Below, piece by piece: positions 33,808 through 42,570 of a DNA stretch of 64,000 bases. The DNA comes from Verrucomicrobiaceae bacterium. Its GTDB lineage: Bacteria; Verrucomicrobiota; Verrucomicrobiia; Verrucomicrobiales; Verrucomicrobiaceae. Location of the stretch: positions 827 through 64,826 of the forward strand of contig JANOBO010000155.1 in the NCBI GenBank assembly GCA_031411695.1, written 5' to 3'. Numbering within the stretch: position 1 is the stretch's first letter; each line of letters opens with the position of its first letter. The notes under the pieces are model-generated. The model searched no databases. It was not told the DNA's origin and saw nothing but the letters and a program-made list of their open reading frames with translations. The position numbers were made by a program, and so were the translations under genes.

Positions 33808-34764
33808 ATGATTCGCATGAGGTTGATCGAAACGGTGACGGCGCTGCGCGAGTGGCGGTGTGAGAATGCGGCGCGCGTCTTCTTCGTGCCAACGATGGGC
33901 GCGCTGCACGAAGGGCACGCGGCGCTGGTGCGTGAGGCGCGGCGGATGGCTGGCGAGGACGGCCGTGTGGCGGTCAGCATCTTTGTGAACCCGCTGCAGT
34001 TCGGGCCAAATGAGGATCTGGATCGTTACCCGCGCACGCTGGAGGCTGATCTCGCGATGTGCGAGGCGGCGGGTGCGGACATGGTTTTCGCGCCGCCAGT
34101 TCGAGAAGTGTATTTTGAGAACAGGTCGATCCACATCGCCGAGTCGAGCCTGTCGCACGTCCTGTGCGGCGCGAGCAGGCCCGGACACTTCGACGGCGTG
34201 TGCACAGTGGTGGCAAAGCTGTTCAATCTCGTGCAACCGGATGACGCGGTCTTCGGCAAGAAGGACTACCAGCAGCTCTCGATCATCCGAAGGCTGCTGC
34301 GTGATCTGAATTTTCCGGTCGAGATCCACGGCCTGGAGACGGTGCGCGAGGCTGATGGGCTGGCGATGAGTTCGCGGAATCGTTACTTGAATGCTGACGA
34401 GCGTGCGCAGGCACCGACGTTGCGGCGTGCTTTGATCGCGGCGCGTGAAGCGTGGCTCGGCGGTGCGGAGGATGCGCGGGAGCTTGAGAAGATCGTCCGA
34501 GATGAAATCGCGGCGCACTCTCCACTTGGGAGGATCGACTATGTCTCGTGTGTCGATGCGGGTTCGCTCCGCGAACTAAAAGTGGTGCAAGCCGCTGGCT
34601 TGCAGCCGTCAGTGAAGGGCACAGCCAAACCCGATGGACTCCCTCCTGCAACCCAGCGGGTTGCACCACTTTTCGCAACCGAGCCGGTTGCATCACTTTT
34701 GGCGGGGGCGGTCTTTTTTGGTGCGACACGGCTGATCGACAACATCGAGCTGCGGCATCAATAA
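33808..34764 (+). CDS. panC: Pantoate--beta-alanine ligase with an in-frame REP-derived insertion near the C-terminus
   Basis: 'FVPTMGALHEGHAALV', 'VSIFVNPLQFGPNEDL' and 'KDYQQL' are present. The C-terminal 'ATRLIDNIEL' is preceded by ~40 extra aa (KVVQAAGLQPSVKGTAKPDGLPPATQRVAPLFATEPVASLL), encoded by REPs at 34582-34696. Confidence 0.93.
   Translation: MIRMRLIETVTALREWRCENAARVFFVPTMGALHEGHAALVREARRMAGEDGRVAVSIFVNPLQFGPNEDLDRYPRTLEADLAMCEAAGADMVFAPPVREVYFENRSIHIAESSLSHVLCGASRPGHFDGVCTVVAKLFNLVQPDDAVFGKKDYQQLSIIRRLLRDLNFPVEIHGLETVREADGLAMSSRNRYLNADERAQAPTLRRALIAAREAWLGGAEDARELEKIVRDEIAAHSPLGRIDYVSCVDAGSLRELKVVQAAGLQPSVKGTAKPDGLPPATQRVAPLFATEPVASLLAGAVFFGATRLIDNIELRHQ
34582..34696. repeat. 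REP family 1 cluster inside panC
   Basis: GTGGTGCAAGCCGCTGGCTTGC lies at 34582-34603, GCAACCCAGCGGGTTGCACCAC at 34648-34669 and GCAACCGAGCCGGTTGCATCAC at 34675-34696. Confidence 0.9.
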
Positions 34765-34765
34765 A

Positions 34766-34826
34766 GTGGTGCAAGCCGCTGGCTTGCGGCCATGATCGAT
34801 GACTGCAACCGAGTCGGTTGCACCAC
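34766..34826. repeat. Intergenic REPIN (two inverted family 1 REPs) between panC and nadB
   Basis: The sequence is aaaGTGGTGCAAGCCGCTGGCTTGC ggccatgatcgatgact GCAACCGAGTCGGTTGCACCACttt. It starts 2 nt after the panC stop and ends 3 nt before the nadB ATG. Confidence 0.9.
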
Positions 34827-34829
34827 TTT

Positions 34830-36434
34830 ATGAAGGAATACGATTTCATCGTTGTCGGCACGGGAGCGGGCGGTCTGAGCGCGGCGCTGCATGCGGCGGA
34901 GCACGGCCGCGTGGTGGTGCTGACGAAGCGCGGCGTGGACGACTCAAACTCGACCTGGGCGCAGGGCGGCATCGCGTGCGTGCAGAGCGAGGAAGACTCC
35001 ATCGAGCAGCATGTGAGCGACACACTCATCGCCGGCGGGGGCCTGTGCAACGAGTCGGCGGTGCGCACCATCGTCACGGAGGGCCCCGCGCGGATCGAGG
35101 AGCTGGTGAAGTGGGGCGTTCACTTTGATCAACGCGAGGCGACGGACGGGCACCTGGAATTCGACCTCACCCGCGAGGGCGGCCACACCCGGCGGCGCGT
35201 GCTGCATTCGCGCGATGCCACAGGTCGTGAGCTGACAGAGAAGCTGATCGCTGCGGTGCGGGCGCATCCGAACATCGAAGTGCTCGAGGAACACTTTGCC
35301 ATCGACCTCATCACAACCGCGAAGCTCGGTCATGTGGCGGAGGATCGCGTGCTCGGACTTTATGTGCTCGATGAGAAAAGCGGCGAGGTGGAGACCTTCC
35401 GATCGGACCGCGTGATCCTCGCGACGGGCGGCTGCGGGCGAGTTTATCTTTATACAACGAACCCGCAGATCGCGACCGGCGACGGGGTGGCGATGGCTTG
35501 GCGGGCGGGCGCGGCGGTGTCGAACATGGAGTTCATCCAGTTTCATCCGACGTGCCTCTACCATGCGGAGAACCGCTCCTTTCTCATCACCGAAGCGATG
35601 CGCGGCGAAGGTGCGCGGCTTGTGGACAAGGAAGGCAACGAATTCATGCAGAAGTACGACGAGCGCGGGTCTCTCGCGCCGCGTGACATCGTGGCCCGCG
35701 CGATCGACCACGAGATCAAGCGCACTGGCGGACCCTGCGTGTATCTCGACATCAGCCACAAGCCGGCAGAGTTCATCATCGAGCACTTCCCCAACATCCA
35801 CCGCGCCTGCCTCGAGCTGGACATCGACATCACCAAGCAGCCGATCCCCGTGGTGCCTGCCGCGCATTATCAATGCGGCGGCGTGCTCACTGACATCAAC
35901 GGAGCCACGACGATCCGCGGACTGGCCGCCGTGGGCGAGGTGGGCTGCACGGGCCTGCACGGCGCGAACCGCCTCGCCAGCAACTCGCTGCTCGAGTGCC
36001 TCGTCGTCTCGAAGCGCGCGGTCGATTTCATTTTGCAAAAGCTCCCCGTCGGCAAGACGCAGACACAGAGCTACGAGATCCCGCTGTGGAAACGCGGTGA
36101 CGCGCAGGACGTGGACGAACTCGTGGTCATCTACCACAACTGGGACGAGATCCGCCGGCTGATGTGGGACTATGTCTCCATCGTGCGCACCAACAAACGG
36201 CTCCAACGCGCGGCCGCGCGGCTGCGAAACCTGAAGCGCGAGGTGCAGGAGTTTTACTGGAACTTCCGCATCACCAGCGAGCTCCTCGAACTGCGAAACC
36301 TCGTCGAGACCGCGACACTCATCGTCGATTGCGCTGTGCGCCGTCAGGAAAGCCGCGGGCTGCATTACACGCTGGATTTCCCGGCTCCAAATCACTCCCG
36401 GCCGCCGACAGACACGGTCCTGCGGCGATATTGA
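34830..36434 (+). CDS. nadB: L-aspartate oxidase
   Basis: The start is taken at MKEYDFIVVGTGAGGLSAAL (ATG 34830). The track ORF starts at a TTG at 34818, inside the REP. 'TWAQGGIA', 'FIQFHPT', 'EAMRGEGA' and 'GLHGANRLASNSLLE' are present. Confidence 0.95.
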   Translation: MKEYDFIVVGTGAGGLSAALHAAEHGRVVVLTKRGVDDSNSTWAQGGIACVQSEEDSIEQHVSDTLIAGGGLCNESAVRTIVTEGPARIEELVKWGVHFDQREATDGHLEFDLTREGGHTRRRVLHSRDATGRELTEKLIAAVRAHPNIEVLEEHFAIDLITTAKLGHVAEDRVLGLYVLDEKSGEVETFRSDRVILATGGCGRVYLYTTNPQIATGDGVAMAWRAGAAVSNMEFIQFHPTCLYHAENRSFLITEAMRGEGARLVDKEGNEFMQKYDERGSLAPRDIVARAIDHEIKRTGGPCVYLDISHKPAEFIIEHFPNIHRACLELDIDITKQPIPVVPAAHYQCGGVLTDINGATTIRGLAAVGEVGCTGLHGANRLASNSLLECLVVSKRAVDFILQKLPVGKTQTQSYEIPLWKRGDAQDVDELVVIYHNWDEIRRLMWDYVSIVRTNKRLQRAAARLRNLKREVQEFYWNFRITSELLELRNLVETATLIVDCAVRRQESRGLHYTLDFPAPNHSRPPTDTVLRRY

Positions 36435-36653
36435 CGAGCCCCTGCGTTGGTCTGATTTTCGGCTGACAGAACCCAACCGCCGCCTCGTTTTGTGGGTCCG
36501 ATTTCCCCGGCTCGTCGTATGGCATCCGAGAAGCGTCGTGCCAACGGATTCAACGGGTCGTTCAACGATGTTAACCACATCAGAAATTATCACACGGAAA
36601 GGATTGCCCCGAGGCGACCTGATTTGCTAAGCTTTAAAAAAACGGAAAACTGA

Positions 36654-37568
36654 ATGGTCGATAAACACACAGCCGCAGCATTGGCAACGGTGATCGTGCT
36701 CTCCGCGACGGCGGGCGCGCAGACGTTCTCGCCATCCTCCGCCTCGGTGTCCCGTGATCGCTCGCTGCCGACGCTGAAGCTCACGCAAAAAGGCGGGAAA
36801 CCCGTGGCGGCCCCATTGCCGAGAGTCTTCGTGCCCACGCTGCCGCGCACGGCCTACACGCGCTATCCATGGAAGACTGATATTGTGGCGACGGTGTTTT
36901 GGGTGGGCGAGATGCCCACGGAAAACAATCCAACGCCGAATCACCAAAGCTCGTGGGACACGGAGTGGGCGAAGAACTACGGCGGCTTTGACGATCCCGA
37001 TCCGTTGCAGCGCGGGCGCGATTTCTGTCCGGTGAAGTTCAAGCCGGGCTTGAATCCATTTTACGTGGCGCTGCCCTACAACGATCTCATCAATTACAAG
37101 ACCACGAAGCCTGAGGCGGCGACGATCATCCCGTGGTTCAAGGAGCGCTTTGTGAAGGCCGGCAAGAGCGTGCTGAAGGGACAGTGGATCGCCATCCGCT
37201 ACGGCAATCAAGTGTGCTACGCGCAATGGGAGGACTGCGGCCCGTGGGTGACGGACGACGCGGCGTATGTGTTTGGAAACGCCCGCCCGAAGAACACGGA
37301 GAACAATGGCGGCGCGGGAATCGATCTCTCACCCGCAGTGCGGGACTTCCTCGGCATCTCAAGCGGAAGGAAGTGCGACTGGCGTTTTGTCGATCTGAAC
37401 GAGGTGCCCGACGGGCCGTGGCGGAGTCTGGGCCAGAACAATCACTTCGTTCAGAACAAGACGAAGGCCGCCACGCAGCAGAACGAGATGCTCGCGTCCA
37501 GGCTCGAGGAACTGCGGCGTATGCGCGACGAGTACTTCAAGAAGAACGGGAGCCAGTATCTGCGGTAA
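36654..37568 (+). CDS. Secreted hypothetical protein, possibly with an RlpA-like double-psi beta-barrel domain
   Basis: 304 aa with a signal peptide. 'VFWVGEMPTENNPTPNHQSSWD' and 'CYAQWEDCGPW...GAGIDLSPAVRDFLGI' resemble the DPBB '..RGP...iDLS.aA...LG' motif. The functional call is weak. Confidence 0.7.
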   Translation: MVDKHTAAALATVIVLSATAGAQTFSPSSASVSRDRSLPTLKLTQKGGKPVAAPLPRVFVPTLPRTAYTRYPWKTDIVATVFWVGEMPTENNPTPNHQSSWDTEWAKNYGGFDDPDPLQRGRDFCPVKFKPGLNPFYVALPYNDLINYKTTKPEAATIIPWFKERFVKAGKSVLKGQWIAIRYGNQVCYAQWEDCGPWVTDDAAYVFGNARPKNTENNGGAGIDLSPAVRDFLGISSGRKCDWRFVDLNEVPDGPWRSLGQNNHFVQNKTKAATQQNEMLASRLEELRRMRDEYFKKNGSQYLR

Positions 37569-37845
37569 TGACGGGGCAGTGAGCACTCCGCGCCTCGCGG
37601 GTGTGCGAGAGACGCGGCAGCACCGTCTTGATGCATGCGCTGCTTGCATTCCTCAGGGATGCGCGCGGCAGCTAACGGCGAGGCTGCGGGTCGGACCGGT
37701 GGTTCCCGCTCGCAAAGCCTCTCTCCACCACCGGCTACCGGCTGGCAAGCCTCCGGCTTGAAACATGAACGCGGTTCTTGCTCGCACGAGCAAGGCGGGA
37801 GAACAATTTGGCGAACCTCGCCTTGATCCGCGCTTCCTGGCCCGG

Positions 37846-38283
37846 TCACTTCACCTCAAAGATCGCCTCCACCTCGACGGCGGCTCCTGTGGGAAGCTGC
37901 GCAAAGCCGAGCGCGCTGCGGGCATGAAAGCCATCACCGCTCTTCCCGAAGATCTCATGCAGCAGGTCGGATGCGCCGTTGATGACGAGGTGCTGCTCGT
38001 TGAACTCGAGCGTGGAGTTCACGCAGCCGAGCACCTTGATCACACGCAGGCCGTCGAGTGTGCCGTGCGTGTCCCACACGGAGCGGAGGATTTTCTCCGC
38101 ACAGTTTTTCGCGGCGGCGTAGCCTTCCTCGACACTGGTCTCGGCGCCGAGCTTTCCCTTGAGATCACTGACGTGGCCCGAGGTAATAAGCTGGCTGCCG
38201 CTGCGGATGCATAGGTTCAGGTAGCCGGGCGCGGCCTTTTCAAACTTGATGCCGAGGTCTTCGGCTTGTCGCTGGGGCGTCAT
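37846..38283 (-). CDS. RidA/YjgF/UK114 family protein
   Basis: 145 aa with '..SGSQLITSGHV', 'KVLGCVNS' and 'ARSALGFAQLPTGAAVEVEAIFEV' (family C-terminal signature). Confidence 0.85.
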   Translation of the reverse strand: MTPQRQAEDLGIKFEKAAPGYLNLCIRSGSQLITSGHVSDLKGKLGAETSVEEGYAAAKNCAEKILRSVWDTHGTLDGLRVIKVLGCVNSTLEFNEQHLVINGASDLLHEIFGKSGDGFHARSALGFAQLPTGAAVEVEAIFEVK

Positions 38284-38298
38284 GGTGGGCTGCAGGAG

Positions 38299-39705
38299 TT
38301 AGGAGTACGATTCCTCCACGCGCTTGGCGACGTCCTTGTAGCCGTAGTCGCTGTTGTAGATCTCCTTCAGAGCCTCGAGGTATTGCTCCTTCTTCCCCAT
38401 CTTGTTGCTGACCATGGCCAACTCGTAGAGCACGTCCTTCTTCGTCGCGTCCATGATGGCCAGCTCCCTCACGATCTCGGAGAACTGGCTTTCGGCCAGG
38501 TCGTTCATGTTCTTCCGCTCGAAGCAACGGCCCAGCATGATGATGGCCTTGGCACGAAGATGGGGATTGCTCTTCGCCTGCTGGAGGTGGGGGATGGCCT
38601 CGGTGTACATGCCGGCATAAAAGAAGGCGGAACCAAGGTCGTATTGAAACTGCTTGTCGGTCGGGTTGCGGTCCACGCGCGCCTTTGCCTCGGCGATGAC
38701 GACGGCGCTGCGCTGACGTTTGATGTCGGCGATTTGCGCGCGCTTCTCCTCGATGTCCGGTGAGGAAGGATCGGACTCGATCTCGGATTCCATGCGCTCG
38801 ATATTCAGGTCGGCCACCTTGTCCTGCACCATTTCGATCTTCCGCTGCATGGCCACGTCACCGGGGTTCAGCGTGAGCGCGTAATTGTAAAACGACAGGG
38901 CGGTCTCGAGATCCTCCAGCCGCTCATAGATGTCCGCCATGCGCTTGACGATGTTGACGTTGGTGTTGTCCTTGTCGTAATCAGCGATGAGTTCGGCGAG
39001 CAGCGCCTCCATCTGCTCGCGGGTCATGCCCTGCTTGGTCATGAGCTCCATCTTGTTCGCCTCGTCGGTGCTCTTCATCGCCTTGCGGAAGTCGCCTTCC
39101 TGGTTCCAGCCTTGACGTAGGATGGAGGTGCGCGCGGCGGAGTCCTTGTCGCCCTTCACGGCGTTCATGTCGCGCGGGTCCACCTTCACGATGTGGCGGT
39201 AAACCTCGCCGGCCTTCTCCGGCAGTTCGTGGGCCATGTAGTGCTCCGCCAGCCGGTGCATGTTCTTTGTGTTCTCAGGGTGCCCTTCACGGATGGTCTC
39301 CAGCGCGAATGCGGCGAGATCCATGATGCGGAGACGGATGGCCTGGTCATACAGCGTCTGGTTGGCGCTGACGTTGTAGGGGTCCTTCTGGAACACGTTG
39401 TCCTCGAGGTCATTGATCTGCTCGAGAGGATCCTTCTTGGAGCCGCCTTTGAAGAGCGCCATGCCGCCTCCAAAGCTCAGGCCTTTCTTCTGGCCCTTGA
39501 TCCGCTCTGCCTCCGCGCGGCGCACGAGCTGGCGGCCATCCATGAAACCGACGTGCGCTTTCACGATCGGCAGCACGAGGCTCACCACGTAGTCCCAGTT
39601 GCGCTGCTCAAATGAAATCAGGCCTTTCTTCCACAGGTTGGCAAACTTGGGATCCAGGTCTTCGGGTTTGATGATGGCTTGTTCGGATTCGTTGGGGGTG
39701 CTCAC
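38299..39705 (-). CDS. Tetratricopeptide-repeat protein
   Basis: 468 aa with repeated 34-aa A/Y/L patterns (e.g. 'ALSFYNYALTLNPGDV', 'GSAFFYAGMYTEAIPHLQQA', 'LGRCFERKNMNDLAESQFSE'). Confidence 0.85.
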   Translation of the reverse strand: MSTPNESEQAIIKPEDLDPKFANLWKKGLISFEQRNWDYVVSLVLPIVKAHVGFMDGRQLVRRAEAERIKGQKKGLSFGGGMALFKGGSKKDPLEQINDLEDNVFQKDPYNVSANQTLYDQAIRLRIMDLAAFALETIREGHPENTKNMHRLAEHYMAHELPEKAGEVYRHIVKVDPRDMNAVKGDKDSAARTSILRQGWNQEGDFRKAMKSTDEANKMELMTKQGMTREQMEALLAELIADYDKDNTNVNIVKRMADIYERLEDLETALSFYNYALTLNPGDVAMQRKIEMVQDKVADLNIERMESEIESDPSSPDIEEKRAQIADIKRQRSAVVIAEAKARVDRNPTDKQFQYDLGSAFFYAGMYTEAIPHLQQAKSNPHLRAKAIIMLGRCFERKNMNDLAESQFSEIVRELAIMDATKKDVLYELAMVSNKMGKKEQYLEALKEIYNSDYGYKDVAKRVEESYS

Positions 39706-39745
39706 GGTTGGTTCTCCTTTTGAAACGGTTTTTCGGGCCTCGATG

Positions 39746-39910
39746 CTACTTTTTCCCGGCGGGATTGACCAGCGAAACCAGTGCTCCCAGCTCCTCTTTC
39801 ACGCCTTGTGTGAATCCCGCGACGCTGAAGCCGTGCTCAAAGAGCACCATCCAGCAGAACGTGGCTGCCACAAAGGCGATGATCCAGAGGGCTTTTGAAA
39901 GCAAACGCAT
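39746..39910 (-). CDS. Possible 54-aa small membrane protein upstream of the TPR gene
   Basis: Hand translation gives MRLLSKALWIIAFVAATFCWMVLFEHGFSVAGFTQGVKEELGALVSLVNPAGKK*. It is below the track's length cut-off. It has one TM helix and sits on the same strand 40 nt upstream of 39705. Confidence 0.4.
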   Translation of the reverse strand: MRLLSKALWIIAFVAATFCWMVLFEHGFSVAGFTQGVKEELGALVSLVNPAGKK

Positions 39911-40051
39911 AGTAACCCGGCGGGGGGCGCGAACTTATGATGCAAATCCGGCACCAGTCCAGCGGGACTTCGTCCTCCACCACACGCTGTACGACGGGGC
40001 CGGATGCGATGGTTGCGCGCGGTGGGAAACGTCCGTAGCTTCGCCGCATTC

Positions 40052-42214
40052 ATGCCCCGCAGACCTTTCACTTTATCCGTCCGCCGGACCGCGCTTCTCG
40101 CATTGGCGCTGCTCCCGGCCTGCGGAAAACAAGAGGACCCGAGGGCGCGGGAAAGCACCACGGAAGCAGCGGCCGAAACAGCCCGGGCGGCGGACGCGAA
40201 GGCTTTGTCGAAGAAGCTCGCAGCCTTCACCGGCGCCCGCACAAAGGTCGTCTGGTCACAGTATCAAAAGGACACGGCCACCGACCCACGCTCAAACAAC
40301 ACCGGCCATCTCCTCATGGGCCTCGACACTCAAGATCCCCTCGGCGCGCGGGCCGTGAGCGCAAAGCCTGACAACTACACCCGGCCCATTCTCAGCAGCG
40401 ACGGGGAAACGATTCTCTTCACGCAGAAGACCGTCACTTGGGACGCACAGGATGCGAAGCACTACTCCGTCTCCATCCTGCGCACCGATTGGAAAGGCAG
40501 CGCGCCCAGCAAGATCAACGACGGCTATGCGGTGGATACTTGGAAGGATCCGAAGACCCGCATCGAGTGGGTCTATGCGGTGCGGGACATCATCGCGTCT
40601 CCCGCAGTCTCGCTTCAGGCGAAAAAGCTCATCCGCTTTCAGCTCGATCATCCTGACGAGGAGGAGCTCGTCTGGGATCAGACCCCTGTGTCGCCGGATA
40701 ACATCCAGCTCTCACGCAATGGCCGCAGGGCCAGCGGCCAGTTCCCCTGGCCGGACGCAGGTCACTTCGTGCTTGGGGAAACGAGCACGTTCACAAAGCG
40801 CGGCACAGGGTCATGGCCGTCCCTCGCGCCGGACAACAGTTACGTCTCATGGATTCTCGATGATCAGAACCAGAACCTCACCCTGTTCCCCGCAGACGAT
40901 GCCGCGCCGTGGTCCGTGCCGCTCACCGCTTCGGGTGACTTGAGCAAGGGCAGCATCAATCATCCATCCTGGAGCAATCATCCGCGCTTCATCGCGCTGA
41001 CCGGACCGTATCTCCCGGCCGCGAATCCATCCGAGGGCAGCGCCATCGGCACTGGCGGCTTGTCGTCCGAGGTCTTCATCGGCAAGTTCAGCGAAAAGCT
41101 CGACCAGATCGAAGACTGGTTCCGCATCACCGACAACGCGCTGAACGACAACTACCCCGATGTCTGGATCGAAGGCGGGGACACCGCCGCTCTGGCAACG
41201 TTTGCGCAGGCATCCGACGCGCCGCCAGCCGCGCCCGTCACGCCTTGGCCTGCGAGCCAAGAGGGCCTCGTCTTCCTCTGGCAGCGCGGAGATGCGAAGA
41301 ACCACCTCGCGCTGTCCGGCGGCCGCGATCTCGACTGCACGCTCGACCTGCACGGCGCCGCGCGCTTCGGGCGCAGCCACGAGATGCTGCTCGATGCCGG
41401 CACCTTTGAGCCGAAGGCCGACGTCACCACGATCATCGCGGATGCGCTCCAGTCGGCCATGCCGCTCGCCGTCGGCTTCATCCTGCACATCGAGGGCGAG
41501 GTGAAGTCCGCCCACGGCACGCTCGCCACCTTTCCTCATCTGCGGCTCACCCTGCGGGACGGCATCATCAGCGCGGAGACTTCCTCCGGCATCATCGGCG
41601 TCGGTCCTGTGCAAGGCAGCGTGTGTCACGTCACCGCATCCGCTGGCGATACCGGCTACAGCGTCACGCTGCAGGAAGCAGACGGGAAGAGCACGACGAA
41701 AATCTCCGCAGCACGTCCTCGGCAGGCCCCAGGCCGCCCCGTGGTGGTCTCATTTGGCGGCGGCAGCGGCGCGGGCATCGGCATGTCGCACGTCACCGTC
41801 TTTGCGCGAAAGCTCACGGCCGATGAAATCCAGGCGAACGCCAGCGTGCTCGCATCCCTGCCCGTCCCGACGCTTTCCACCACGCTCAAGCTGCGCGGCA
41901 AATTGCTGCAATCCTCATCCCCGCCCGCGCCCGGCTCCGGGGGTGCGCATGGCGGTGCCCTCATCGAGTCCCTTTATGAAATCACCAAGGTCATCGAAGG
42001 CGAGGCAAGCGCGAAGCAGATCCTCGTGAGGCATTGGGCCGTCATGGATGGCAAGCCCGTGCGTGGCCTGCCCCGCAAGACCGGCCTGGAGTACGACCTG
42101 CTCGTCCAGCCCTTCAGCGATCACCCGCAGTTCAAAAGCATCCCCTGCCCTGCCCTCGATCCCAAGCCCGCACTCGAACCTTGGCTGGACATCACCACGC
42201 CGTCGGTGAGGTAA
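40052..42214 (+). CDS. Large lipoprotein, beta-propeller-like N-terminal part and LamG-like C-terminal part (hypothetical)
   Basis: The start is taken at MPRRPFTLSVRRTALLALALLPAC|G (lipobox). 'YTRPILSSDGETILFTQ' is a TolB-like blade. 'MSHVTVFARKLTADEIQANA' resembles the tail motif of LamG/laminin-G domains. Confidence 0.8.
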   Translation: MPRRPFTLSVRRTALLALALLPACGKQEDPRARESTTEAAAETARAADAKALSKKLAAFTGARTKVVWSQYQKDTATDPRSNNTGHLLMGLDTQDPLGARAVSAKPDNYTRPILSSDGETILFTQKTVTWDAQDAKHYSVSILRTDWKGSAPSKINDGYAVDTWKDPKTRIEWVYAVRDIIASPAVSLQAKKLIRFQLDHPDEEELVWDQTPVSPDNIQLSRNGRRASGQFPWPDAGHFVLGETSTFTKRGTGSWPSLAPDNSYVSWILDDQNQNLTLFPADDAAPWSVPLTASGDLSKGSINHPSWSNHPRFIALTGPYLPAANPSEGSAIGTGGLSSEVFIGKFSEKLDQIEDWFRITDNALNDNYPDVWIEGGDTAALATFAQASDAPPAAPVTPWPASQEGLVFLWQRGDAKNHLALSGGRDLDCTLDLHGAARFGRSHEMLLDAGTFEPKADVTTIIADALQSAMPLAVGFILHIEGEVKSAHGTLATFPHLRLTLRDGIISAETSSGIIGVGPVQGSVCHVTASAGDTGYSVTLQEADGKSTTKISAARPRQAPGRPVVVSFGGGSGAGIGMSHVTVFARKLTADEIQANASVLASLPVPTLSTTLKLRGKLLQSSSPPAPGSGGAHGGALIESLYEITKVIEGEASAKQILVRHWAVMDGKPVRGLPRKTGLEYDLLVQPFSDHPQFKSIPCPALDPKPALEPWLDITTPSVR

Positions 42215-42337
42215 GTGGGCGCTAGGTGAAGCGGATGCTGGTGCAGTGGTGGCGAACAGCACGTGGCGGCCCCCAATGCCGGATTGGTCCATGAGGGCGG
42301 AGAGGGATGCCCGCACCGAGGGGGAGTGCCATACCCA

Positions 42338-42502
42338 CCCCCTCATCCCAGCCCTCTCCCCAAGGGAGAGGGAGCCGGATGGCGCTGCCGCGCCGGTAGC
42401 GGCGGTGAGACCCTCGTCCAAACCTGAACAGGTTGCTCAGCGCATCCGAGCAGCAGCTCGTCAGGCTCCCTCTCCCTCGGGGAGAGGGCCGGGGTGAGGC
42501 GG
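42338..42502. repeat. Second copy of the family 3 palindromic element (single internal unit)
   Basis: The left arm CCCCCTCATCCCAGCCCTCTCCCCAAGGGAGAGGGAGC and right arm GCTCCCTCTCCCTCGGGGAGAGGGCCGGGGTGAGGCGG are near-identical to the arms at 9172-9386. It lies between convergent genes. Confidence 0.85.
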
Positions 42503-42570
42503 ATTCTGTTCGTTCGCACCCAGACGTTGCGCGTTCTCATCCACCGGCTCGCCGCCTCAAGGCATCCTTG

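Noticed and set aside
37579-37761. 60-aa and 63-aa ORFs in the convergent spacer downstream of 37568.
   Set aside because: They have no start context and an Arg/Ala-rich composition, and they overlap hairpin-rich sequence.
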